Assembly: GCA_002633005.1 (NCBI GenBank)
Contig: NMRA01000020.1
Span: 397,621 to 461,620 of the forward strand
Reading direction: 5' to 3'
Origin: Phoronis australis
Taxonomy: Eukaryota > Animalia > Phoronida
Length of the DNA stretch: 64,000 nt
Of the stretch, positions 1-12,900 are shown one piece after another. The notes below the pieces were generated by a model. It worked only from the letters and a program-made list of their open reading frames with translations. It made no database searches and was not told the DNA's origin. The number at the start of each line of letters is the position of its first letter. Positions within the stretch are counted from its first letter, which is position 1. The position numbers and the translations under genes are program-made.

Positions 1-227
1 TTTTGTTTCTCAACGTGCACTTTTTTAATTCAGAATAATGGAAAAATGATATTGAAGTGTAAATGCAGTTTTAAAATATTCAACTATTTCTTTTACAGCA
101 ATGAGTATTACAAAAGTATCAAAAATAAGCTGTTTCCATTTATTATTACAGTGACACTCCTAAAATTTATTTTCATACTGCCGAGCAACGATCGAAAACA
201 ACAGGGAGCAATTTTCACGTGTTTTAG

Positions 228-291
228 GAAATAATTTGTGATCAAATTAAAACAAGATATCAGTATTAAAAATGGATTAAAGGCTTGCAAG
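228..291 (+). other. Candidate 5' UTR exon of LOXHD1
   Basis: ttttag| acceptor at 227 and AAG|gtacgt donor at 291/292. Contains an in-frame TAA relative to ATG 3817. No transcript support. Confidence 0.3.
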
Positions 292-856
292 GTACGTGGA
301 GTAGATAGAACTTTCTAGATTGACAAGAATCTTGCGAATCTCACTAATGGATTTTGTCTCAAACGCTTTTGGAGTTTTGGACATTTTGCCAGCTTGCACT
401 ACCGGGCACCTGTCGCTATTTACTGCCATAGTTTAGAGGTTGAGTACACCTGTCAACAACCATCTGAAGACTAATGCTATTGTGGACTGCCTTTTTGGTT
501 GTTCATAGGAAGAAATACACAGTTTGGTATCTGGTAGACAGTGCCACCGTCTTTAATTAGTTGTATAACGTGTATAGTACTATAGTATAGTCTACACTAT
601 AGACTATAGACGTAAGCCACATAGGCCGACATAGGGAGCTCCAATTCATACGCTGGAAGCTTTTCGGCAAATTATGCCTCACACTGATTAAACCATCTGA
701 CATCATATCCCCTGGGGCGTGCTGTGCACAATTTGGCAACTGATCAAAGAAGTGTTTATAAAGTTTGATTGGAGGAGTATTTGTTCGAGTATTTGTTGAT
801 GGCCTCCTAACGAGTAACGTGTCCCTCTGTGCCCAAAAAGTGCTTTTTGATGATTT

Positions 857-3598
857 TGTTGCAGACCAAGTAGGCCACCCGACCAAGTTAACTTGGTTGG
901 CTTACACGGTCGGATCTCGCAGACCAAGTAGATACCAAGTGACAATGTACCGTTGATATCTGAATGTTTACCATAGTGTTATAGTGAACACTCTGACAAA
1001 TGCAGCTTCAACTGCTTTTCTAAACCAAATTTCATTTTTATGGGCTTTTTATCATTTGAGTAACCCCTATGGTGAAAAAATATATGTGGTCGACAAAAAT
1101 CTTTATTTTAATCCTTTGAACAAACGGATAATATAGTAATTAAGTTACTGAGCCAGCCAGGGCAAACTGGAGCCAAAAATGCACAACGCAGACAAATCAA
1201 ACACTTAGATTTCACATATAATTTCACTCTTTGCATCTGCTTTTCCTTAGAGAGTTATTAACCAGATTTTGCGACTGAATATGCTGTAGTTTTGCTTGCA
1301 GATTTACTTGGTCCGGTCTCGTCACAGGCCGGCCTGAGTAGTACTCTCTGTGACGTAGGCTATGCGTCCGAACTCGCAGAACAGAAATATTTCATAGGTT
1401 CTTTGACTTTTTCTTCAATGACCCTTCTGTTCACAACCTCGATTTTTGTAATCGTTTTTCCTTCTCTTCACTGTTCGTGAACCATTACGTTTTCTTGTAT
1501 CGTTCATTTGGTTCGCGAGTGCCGGGCATCCGGCTGCCGGGGCTGGCCTAGAGTACTATGAGGCATGCACTACCGATGTTTTGATAATTCTTAGTGGCAA
1601 AATGTTTGTCTATGTTTGTAATAAGTGATCATTAACACCTTTATTCGTTCCACAGAATACAGTCACGGACACCCCATTTAGCAACTCAAAATCTAAAGTT
1701 TCTTTTAAGTTTTACAGTTGCAGTGATTATCAAGTACGCTGTTCAGACGCCGGACATACTTGGCGCAATGTAAAGTAATTAATTTCATTTGGCATGTAGC
1801 CAGCAGTTCCAACAAAACAGTAACCTCTGGTATAAGTCTTTGGAAAGTTATCAAAAATTTTTTACTTACTCAATACGTTGTAGTTTTGCGGGCAGGTTTA
1901 CTTGGTCCGGTCTTCCAACGACTCGGACCGAGTGCGCTGTGACATCATCAAACTCGATGAATGGGAATATTTCATTTTTCTTCAAAGATCGCTTCTAAAA
2001 TAGTTTCTCGTTCTTTTCACTGTTAAAGAACCATTTGCTGTTCTTGTATTGCTCACTTGAATTGACACCACGAGTGTGGTTGGCTGAGGAGGTCCACACG
2101 ACATTGACGTTCAATGAAAAGTAATTAATTTCATTTCACATCTACCCAGCATTTAGAATAAAATGATAACCTCTTCTCCGTGTCTTTAGAAGGTCGTCAA
2201 GCAATTTTTACAGCTCCATACATTGCATTTTTGCTTGTAGAATTACTTGGTCGGGTCCCGTCACTGGCCGGACCGAGTGCTGGTGTAGGTTGGCTACCAC
2301 GAAGTCCAGACAGCATATAGTTGACAGCAATCAAAAGTAATTACATTTGACATGTACCAAGCAGCTCCAACAAAACCATCGTTAGACCGAATGAATTAGG
2401 GGGTAGGCGCGGCTTCTCAACACTCGTGGTGTCAAGCCAAGTGAGAGACAGAAAAAACGTACTTGTTTTTGAACAGTGAAAAGCATGAAAAACGATTCTA
2501 GATATCGAAAATTTAAACAAAAGAAGCGTTCTTTGGACAAAAAGCGAAATATCTTGTTATTCTGCTAGTTTGAGCACGTCACAGCGCACTCGATCCGGCC
2601 GTTGAGACCGGACCAAGTAAACCTGCAAGCTAAACTACAGTGTATTGAGCCGTAAAAGTTGGTTGATCACTTTCTAGAGGCACGTAGAAGAGTTAAAGCT
2701 TTTGTTGGAGACGCTGGGTACATGTCAAATAAAATTAATTTCTTTTCATTGGCGTCAAGTATATCGTCTAGACTTCCTGGTAGCCAACCCGGGAGATTGA
2801 TGACGTCATAGTGCACTCTGTCCGGCCTGTGACGAGACCGGACTAAGTAAACCTGCGAGGAATACTAAAGTGTATTGAGTCTCAGAAAACTTTTGATAAC
2901 TTTCTAAAGACACGTAGAAGGGGTAATGGGTTTGTTGGAGCTGCTGGGTACATGTCAAACGAAATAATACTTTTCATTGACGTTAAGTATGCTGTCTGGA
3001 CCTTATACGTAGCCAGTCCTAGTTAAAAAACGATACAATAAATTGTTCTTTGGACAAAAAGTGAAATATCTTGTGATTCTGCTAGTTTGATCACATCACA
3101 GCGCATTCGGTCCGGCCGTTGACAGACCGGACCAAGTAAACCTGCAAGTAAAACTACAGTGTATTGAGCAGTAAAAGTTGGTTAATATCTTTCTTGTGAA
3201 AAGCAGATGAAAAGATTAAAGTAAGATGTGAAATCTAAATGTTTGATTCGTGGCGTTGTGTGTTATTGGGTGCTCCCATCCCGCCTGGTTGACGCGGTGA
3301 CCCATGCAGTTGCTTACGGGTACTCTATTTCCTGTTCAAAAGATTAAAATAACGATTTTTGTTGGCCACAGTTATTTTGGGGCCACGTGAGGTCCTAACG
3401 ATAACATGCTCATAAAAACGAAATCTAAGTTAAAAAAAAATGTATTTGGTAGAACCGTTCATATTGTAACACTATGGCAAACATTCAGCTATTAACGGTA
3501 CATTGCAACTCGGTCGGAGGTATCTGTTTGGTCTGCGAGGTCCGACCGTGTAAGCCGACCAAGTTAAGTTGGTCATGTGACCTACTTGGTCTGCGACA
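857..3598. mobile_element. ~2.7-kb foldback-type element (long imperfect inverted repeats with internal subrepeats), non-autonomous
   Basis: 857 TGTTGCAGACCAAGTAGG.. is the reverse complement of ..CCTACTTGGTCTGCGACA 3598. Homology continues inward (1030-1330 vs 3100-3420). Module TTACTTGGTC(C/G)GGTC occurs at ~1304/1898/2244 and its complement at ~2606/2836/3126. Confidence 0.85.
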
Positions 3599-3816
3599 TT
3601 GCTTATGAGGGCTATGAGGTGTAATTGGGGGGTGGTCTTGAGTGGTTGGGCTCTCGCGTTCTTCATTCTTTTGAAAACATTCTGCAAGAAAATTTAGGTT
3701 TCGTAGCATGCCAGTATGAAATTGGTGAGTCGAAAACTTAATTTGCTGGGCAAATTGAGATTGTTTTAATTGCGCATTACTTGTTAGTATTCCCAAGTGC
3801 TTTATAACTGTTGCAG

Positions 3817-3970
3817 ATGCAGATGCCATTCACAAACTCAGAGGCCATGCAGATGGCCATGACTATGCCCTCGGGTAGTCTCAGCCATCACGTGAACACA
3901 CGGGATCCCCTACCACCCTACGCTGTACATTACGGCCAGTCAAGACCAGTCAGGAACAGACCTACATCGG
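3817..3970 (+). CDS. LOXHD1: LOXHD1 exon 1 ([20 protein letters not shown]...RNRPTS)
   Basis: ttgcag|ATG, open for 51 codons, G|gtagag phase 1, joins exon 2 in frame. Confidence 0.65.
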
Positions 3971-6900
3971 GTAGAGTTTAATTTTCTCAAAACAAACACC
4001 AACTTTCCAAAAAAAGTGGACCACGTTTCTTTTAGTTGAAGTAGAAATGTTCAACCCTGTAATCTTCCAATAATTTCTGTTCTATTCTTGCATTTTGTTT
4101 TTGTTCTTTCGTTTCGCCATAAGTTTGGCAAAGCCAGATGAATTTCCAGGCAATTTCTTTTCTATTTTGAAAACTAGTTTTAAATTACTAGTAAGCTAGT
4201 GGTGAATATTACTGTAGATGAAAGTGAAGTGTGCTATATTTAAGCAGGCTAAGCAAAGCTTGTTGTACTTTCTCTTTTAATGTTTATTTCAAACTCATAT
4301 TTCTGCACACTCTGAAGTCCTGTGTAAACTGGTTAAGGTCAGTATATTAGAATCTTGAAGTTATAATTTGGGACCAAACCTCTTTTCTGAAGATCATGCA
4401 CTTTGGTGTTAGTTCGTAGTTGAACTTTTCAAAATTGACCATGAAAATGCTGTTTTGGTTGTTGAAATGGATATGATCATGGAGTGATGGGAAATATAAT
4501 GATCGTAACATCAGACAATGGAATGTTGCAACAGCAAGAAGTGAAAGAACTAAGAATGGATTGTTAACAACATTTTTCACCTTATTGGATGCTTTGTCAG
4601 AATGTTTTTGTGACCCCAACAAATGTATGTTAACGTCTAGTGATTTTTAAATTTAGATTATTATCAATCATCGTAGCTGTGACTTTGTTGGCATGGTGAT
4701 TCCAATGTGTGTTGGCTCTAAGCAGCAAATGCTGATAACTCATCACTCATGTTACTTTGATCATGCATCACTGCAATGAAAAATGGGCATGTTTTTTTTA
4801 CTAAATTGCAATCTAATTTTCATCAAGTTGTTTTGAAAATCTTACGGAGCTTTAATTTTCAATGTCGTATTTTTACCTTGTTACAAATGTTCTACCTTAA
4901 GTTAGCATTCCATAGTGCATGTTATCGGGAAAACAAAATTCACTACTTGTTGGTGTTAGAGTGTTGAAAATGTACATTTAGGGCTGCATTCCTTGTACCT
5001 AAGATAATCGCGGGAAAAGCTTCGTGCAATCATGTTTTGGTTGTAATGCATGACTTTACCTCAAGATGACCTATGTGTTCTCAGATTTCTTGCATGAAAC
5101 TTGGTCTACAGAATGCAGCCCAGGTTACGTGATGTTTCTGAATATCAAATAGCTGTTTTAACTCAGTGTTAATTCTAAGTAAATGCCAATTGATGTGTGC
5201 ACTCGGAAGTTACAAAACAATGTTCAGAAAATGTAATCTTTGAGACTTGTTTTCTTGAAAACTATATTTGTTTTTATTGGCCGTAATAGATAAATGCTCT
5301 AATTGGTGGCAGGCTTATGTCGCGTCAGACGTCAGTTGATGTAAAAGATGACCCAGACTCGTGGCAGCTAAGGAAGTACAAAATGATGTTTTTTCCATGC
5401 TCACCCTTAAACTTAATGGGTCTTCACTGAAGATGTCTCATGAGAGACGAAGTAACTAGACAATTGTGTTGTTTGTTCTTGTTATGAGATTTGAATAAAA
5501 GCCTGTAATATTGACGTTTTGTGCTTTCCTTGCTGCCATGAGCCTGGGTAATCTTTTATGTTATGTAACTCCTGACGCGAGATCAGTCTACCACCAATTA
5601 GTGTGTTTATCTATTAAGGCCATTAAAAACAAATGGACATCATGTCCAACAAAACTTGTCTTAAAGAAAATTTGCTGCCGAATTATTTGATTTTAAATTT
5701 ACTTCTAGGAAATCAATCACAAAATGTTGCTGTTCTTAAGTTATATTAAAGTATATCATCCTGAGAATGTAGTCTGATAAACTGTTCTTAAAGTGCAAAT
5801 TAGATAATTTCTTCAAAGCTTACTACATTATGTATCAGTGCCAAATAGTTGAATGTAGTTTTTTTGGATAATAATTCACAGTTCAATCATAATGTTGTGA
5901 AAGCCAAAAATTCTAATCATGCTTACAATATTGTTAAAATTACATGCTAATTATTAATGTTTTTGTTAAGATATTCAACAAAATGAAGTTCCACTTGTTA
6001 TCCATTTTGAAGATGGTTTACTATTTATCCTTCAGCCCCTCTGAGACGGTCTCAAAGTCTTGTGACTTACAGCGCTCCCCGATGGAGGGAAACAGACCCT
6101 GTCAGCCCACGGCGCCACCTACACAGCAGTCACCTTCATCCTCGTTGTGCTCCTGTAGGGGGCTCCACCTCTATGACATTCCGTGGACCATTTGCTAGTA
6201 GGTTGATTTTTGTTAAAAGTCACATTTTTATGTTGGGTAAAACCTCTTCAATTTTAAACAAAAAGTGTGACAGTCATTTTTCTATTTTTCAAAAGCTACA
6301 TTGCAACACATATTCACAATTTTGTGTAATTTGCTGGCAACTGTATTGTTCAAATTGTGCCGATTACGTAAATTTTTTTCACCTTATTTTTGTTCTGATG
6401 TTGACAAAATGTAATGCTCTTGGAAAAGTACAAAATAATATTGTTGTGATATTAATTTCTAGGTGAAAGCGGAATGTCAGTTTTGAGTTATGTGGTCAAA
6501 ACTGTCCTGCACAGTACTCGCATGTGCCATAATGTCAGTTAGTAGGTCAAAATGTTGCATTGCATGCCTTAGTACAAGCCCAAAGTATTCATACAATACG
6601 ACGTGGAATTCCCCGCTGGGCGGAAGCAAAATCATTGTCGGAATAGTCTTCTTTCGTGATTGAGAATGAAAGAAAATTAACAGCAAGGTTATTAAGGTGG
6701 CCAAACCATTCTGCTATTAGAATTTTACCCGTAAAATAACTATTACTTGTACTGTAAGCCTTCTTCATTCTAACTAAAATAACTACTACTTGTACTGTAA
6801 GCCTTCTTCATTCTAACTAAAATAAGTATTACTTGTACTGTAAGCCTTCTTCATTCTAACTAAACCACCTCGATGGTTACTGTACACAAGCTGCATGGTT

Positions 6901-9900
6901 GATTTCTATGTAGGTCACAGAAGAGAGGCCTTCGTTAAGTCTACCCTGCACTACCCCCATGTTGATAATGGACGTATCTCCTCCCTGGCCGGCTATGACT
7001 CTCTCAATGATCCACATTTGGAGGATTACTTTTTAAGGAGATTTGGACGTATGGCGGCCAGGGCTGGCCACTACAGGAGTGGACCGCATCCACCCTCAGG
7101 GGTATTTTTTTTCATTATTAAAATGAAAGTTAAAGTCCAATACAATATTAGTTTTGACAGTTTTTGGTAAACGGTCTGATTTTAAATTATGTTAAGCTAA
7201 GCCTTTGAAATAATACCAGAGGTAATAGTTACTGTTTGATATATGCTAAATAATCATCATCTGTTTGTTTTATCAACTGTGTCCTGTCGTACCATGTTTG
7301 TCAAATGGTTGGTCTAGGATTGTTGGCTTAAACTATCCTTTGTTTAGTTAGGCAGGCTGACTTGTGTGAAGTCTATGATTTGATGGTCTTCACTGTTTTT
7401 ACAGAGCAACATGCTAAAAAGTGAGTGTAGCAATTGGAATTACCTCGCAATCATTTGTACTCAGGAGTGACCAATGTGGCAGCTGATTTTCAAAACTCTG
7501 CTGATGCGGCTATGAACCTGCATTCTGTCGAAGAACCTAAAGTTGATTTATACTGCTTACGGTGGAAAATTACCCTCAACTTGTTCCTTTCTCAGATGAA
7601 AAGTCACAGTTTAGTATTGCTCAAGACTATGCTCAGCGAAGAATATGATGCGCTACGAGAAGTTTACTTGCTGAGTTTAATCTCGTGCAAAAATTATATT
7701 TCAGTTATTTCCGTGTCCAAAAATCACATCTATCTTTACTAAGAAGTAAATTGAAACCAACGGAAGTGGTTTATTAATTTTTTTGTGATGAAACTCAGGT
7801 TCATAGCCACTTTAAAAACTGTTTTGAGGAGTGTTGTTCAAAATCATTTGATTCTACCCCAGCCTTAATATTTACAGAGAAAGCCAGGTTCCCCCAGAGG
7901 TCGTCCTAGTTCAGCCTCTGGCAAGGGCAAGAAGTCTTCGCGTGATCAAAAAGAAGGAAAAGAGGTCTTGTATAAAGTTGCCGTGACGACAGGTGACAGA
8001 AAAAATGCAGGAACTGATGCTAAGGTAAATTAATGAAGTACTCCAAAATTCTGTTTGTCAATGAGTAAATAAAGCATTAATTAATGTTGCATTCTTACTG
8101 GATGTAGGTAATTATGATTTGGTGGATAAACCTACTTTTTTCAAAAATGAAATATTTGTATTTAGCTACATACAATTAATAAGACAAGGATGTACAATCA
8201 CGCACACACGCACGCACACACAGACACACAGACACACACACACACTCACACACACACAGACACACACACACTCACACACACACACACACACTCACACACA
8301 CACAGACACACACACACACACACACACACTCACACACATGTACGACAACACTTTTTTAGAAATTAATCTACTGTAATGTAGTGTTATATTTTGTTTCATA
8401 GGCTTCTATGACTATCAGTTTTTGTCTTAAGTTCATTCAGAAAAAAGTTTTACGAATTGATAGTTTTTATGTCTCATAATTATAGTTTTCAGTTCATTAA
8501 TGGGTATTTGTTGGAACTTGGGTCACATAGAAAATTTTTTGTTTTAGGTCTTTCTACGAATGAAGGGCAGAAAGGGTAAATTAGCTAAGACGAGACTTAC
8601 CAAGAAAGCTGGATCTGTCAAAAACAAGAAGGGCGTCTCGTTTATGTTCCGGCCCGGTACTACTCATGTTTTTAAAATCAAAAGCACAGAGCTCGGTGAA
8701 CTGGAGACACTAACTCTAGAGGTGAGTAGTTTAAATATGTATTCTCTAATTGCTGTAGAAACGCGCAGTGTCATTTCTGTTTTCAAATTTGAGCTGAGGT
8801 TGCGACTTTGTGTTGAAGTTGCAGAAACAATTTCATTGGTTCAAGGAATGTCCGATTGTAAAATTTTGAATCCTAATTTCCCGTGTTATATGAAAACTTG
8901 TAAAAGGGTTCCTGATTATACAGACCCGGATAAAAATTCCAAGAAAAGTGGCAGTGGTTGGTGGTTTAAAGAGGAAAAGAACGCTTTTTATGTTTTAATA
9001 AAATATGATTTGCCCCTGATTTATTTCAGTCTTGCTAACACGTATTCTTAGGATCTTGAGTAGGTACTGTACTCGAAAAAAGTAATCAGGCAAAATTTTC
9101 GGAAATTCCGGTAATGATGGCTGAAAGAAAGTGAAATTTACTGGAGCTGCCCAACATAACAGTGCTGATGGGGACATTTAAGTTTAAGCTAATAGAGTAA
9201 AAATGCTACGTACTGTTAAGATTTTCCTTGCTAGTCATTTTATACACGGAACTTTTTCTCAAGCAATAATGAAGTCTCTAAAATCATTTCATGTCTAAGT
9301 AAAGAACAAGCTGAGACCTGCTTTGTATTAGTAGTGGGTTAATACGAAATTGATTTTCTGATGGAAGGTGTGTTTATAGCAACTTCAAAGTTTGAAACAC
9401 ATTTGGTCTTGACTTACTGTTATGTTTTTTTTTCAGCATGAAGGCCTTGAGAAGAAGCACAGTTGGTTTGTTGACTGCGTTGAGGTGACCAACACTGCTA
9501 CAAAACAGTCTTGGCTGTTCATTTGCAACCAGTGGTTGTCACTGTTTGAGACAGACTGCCAGCTGTGTAGAATACTCCACGCAAAGAAAAACTCCAAGAC
9601 AGGTAGGAACAGGAAATCTGAAAAAGTTTTAGCCCCATGCAATGCCACCTTTAAAACCAGGAGTTCCTTGATTGATGTTTTGGATTGAAATCTTCTACTT
9701 CTTTTTTGTAATTTTACGAGTCATTGGTCTTACCTACACAATGACAAAACCGTTGACCTAACAGAGTTCCTTGATTGATTCCAACAGCAAGATTCATGGC
9801 TCCTAACTTGATTTATTTCACGTTGAAATTTACGAGTTCGGCTTCATCAAATTAGTGGTGTGTGGCTCTTTAAAGAAAGAATAACCGTATTTGTGTAAGG

Positions 9901-12900
9901 CGTTTGCTTTCCGAAAGTGCCCTCAAGTGCTTTAATGCTTGACACAACCCATAATTAAGCTCAGACAACAGAGGAACAAATGATTTAGATAATAGGGGAT
10001 ACAGCTATCTTCAGCCATTTAGTGTTACTGCATTGCGAATAAAGGGAAGGTGTCTCAAATTTCTGGACATGTGGGAGGAAATTTCACTCAGTTTCACGTA
10101 TAGCAATGTTTGTTTTGCAAGAGTTGTCAAAGGGTTTGCGATATAATTTTCGATTATTTGTTGGAAGTGAATGTAGTCAGCCGTTGGAAAACAGAAAACA
10201 TGGCTATTTTTCTCTCGAGTAAGGTGTGGACATTAACTAGAGATTGGGAGACTTTCAGGATGCAATGGGGGACTGAAGAGTCTTAACGCTACCTGGCTGT
10301 ACCAGGAGGTACTACTTCTTTGCAGCAGATGGATAGGGAAACATGTTCGACTTAATAAAAATAACAGTGGCAGTCTATCTGACTAGATGCATTTTAAGCA
10401 ATTACGAAATTTCCTCATCAGTGGTATCTGGTCTAACATGTTCAGCCCCATGTTCCTACTTGAATGACTATTATGTAATTCATTTGTGTCAGGCAGTTTC
10501 TTTACACACTGTTATTTCACTAGTGATTTTGATTGCAGAATATGAGATTGTGACGGTCACCGGCGACTGTAAGGGAGCAGGCACCGACGCTAATGTCTTC
10601 ATTACCATTTATGGTGACAGCGGACAAACAGCCAAACTGCCCATCTCAAATAGGAGTAAAGAGTGCTTCTCTCGTGGTCAGAGCGACATCTTCAGGGTTC
10701 CTGCCAATTGTGTGGGTGCTATGAAGAAAGTCAGGTGTGTTTGACAAATTCTACAAATCGTTAGGTTTTCCAAATGTGTGCTTATCATTGTTGTTATCTT
10801 AGTTTTTCTTGAAACAATTCTTTAGTAGGCACGTAAGTTATAAGCCAGGGTACTACACCATAGATTGTACTCGCAGGCCTTGAATTATGCTCACGAACCA
10901 CTCATTCACCTGCATGAACCATTGAATTGTACATATCACGGAGCGCAAATTCATGCACACGTCAGACAAATCTCATACATCTACTGCAATCTCACTGATT
11001 TAACGTCATGGACTAATTGATCTTCATTACTTTGTGGCTCATGCATACGATGTATGTTCATGGGTGTTGATTTAATTACTGTCATCCGTTGCCATTCGAT
11101 ATTATAGGTAAATTATTTGGAAATGACTTAAAAGTGTCAACCACATTTTTTATTTACTAACTGGTGGATCTTTAACTGTCTGAATCTCGACGTGTCCTTG
11201 CAGGATTGAACACGACAACACTGGATTCGGTCCCGGCTGGTTCCTGGACCGTGTCGTGGTCAGCGACCTTCGTCACCCCAAATGGAAGTACTATTTCCCT
11301 TGTGGTCAGTGGCTGTCCAAAACAGAGGGAGATGGATCTGTGTGCAGAGACCTAGTGGGAAGTCTGGACCCCTTGGCCATTAGGAAAGGTAGGTTACAGT
11401 TCCCTTGGTTACATTATTGTTACTGCATGTTTGTCTCACAGTTCACTGATTGTGCATCTTTTTTAAAATTTTGTCTACGTTGGCAGCAAATTTTCTGTAA
11501 TACAAGTTCTATTGAATACAGCAGTGGCTATGGCCAGATGTAGGTTTTGCAAAGTCCTCTGATAAGTTCTGAATAACACAAGCTCTTGTGTTTACACTGA
11601 ATACACGTTGGACAGTTAATGCATTATGTGCCAACACAAATTTATTAGAGGACTCTGGGGGAAGTTAGAATGGGCAGATTACAGTGTTATGTTCAGTAGC
11701 ATTTGCTCTGAATATGAACTAGCTTTATGTAATACTGTATTTTCCTAAGTAGTTGGGAACGATTAGACTTTATGATCATACAACATTAATTGTGAGTTGT
11801 TATGTTTTCTGCAATTGGATGCAGTGAATTTCTGTGGTTACTTGCAAGATAACGTAATTAATTGAAGAGACTGGCTGTTGTTGTTTAATAATTATTGAGT
11901 GTCATGGATGCTGTATCAACTGCTTTACTGTCAAATGCTTCTCGTATTGCGTAAACTAAGTGACAAGATTTCACGTCTGCTGTAGACATACATTTACCCA
12001 TTATTCATTTTTAAAATTATTTTTATTGTATATTGTGAATATTCTTGTTTTTAGCCAACAACTCTGCCGCCTAATTTGAAACGTTTTTGTTAATATGTTT
12101 TCCATGCTTTATTGATTTCTTTACCATAATGTTTGCCTCGCTAGGTTTTGGTAAGTTCAGCCAATCACTGAGCTCGCTTGTATTTCCTGCATGACTGTTT
12201 TGTCTGAACTCTTCTCACAAAGGAGGTTGAATCCTAATATTCATGTCTCACCACCACACCCCAGTAGAAGTGTTGAATTGGTCATTTCATGGAATGTCAT
12301 TAACAGTCACATAGATTAGCCTATATCACTGTTAACCTATTATCTCTTGGAATTGTAATAATAACGACTTTAAGTAGTACCTCTTATTTGCCTTTTCCAA
12401 AGTCTTCTAGTTGTGTCTTTTTTCTTAATCATGTTCAAAGTTCTAATATTAATGGATGTATCTTAATTTCTTGCTAAATAACACACACTGCGCTTATTTT
12501 TTCACTTCAAACTGGAGTTAATCAAGTTAGCAACCATTCTTCCTGTCGAGCAACTCTATCATAAATAATACAGCTAAACATCACAGATTTTGGATAAAAG
12601 TAATTGCTGAAACTGCCATGTTTTCCATCAAGTTCTCAAAACCTTGTCAGGTCATAGCTATGGTACAGAAGTTGAGAATGCGAAACCGTTAATTTGGTGC
12701 TACATGTCTTCCATGGAAAAATGAGAAAACAAAAATTTCACTTGTCGGCCACATGTGTCCTAAATTGGTGAGATTTTACTTTAAGAATGCTAACTTTGGT
12801 TTCACCTCAAAACACAAACCAAAAGTTGCTTTCAAAGATGGTATTGCATGCATGAGACTTAAACTCGGCATTTCTTATAAATTAAAAACTTTTTAACTTC

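Noticed and set aside
557-3829. Similar ORFs at 765-956(+) and 3472-3687(-) suggesting duplicated genes
   Set aside because: They are the two arms of the foldback inverted repeat and show no protein family signature.
8119-8376. His/Thr-rich ORF
   Set aside because: (CA)n microsatellite.
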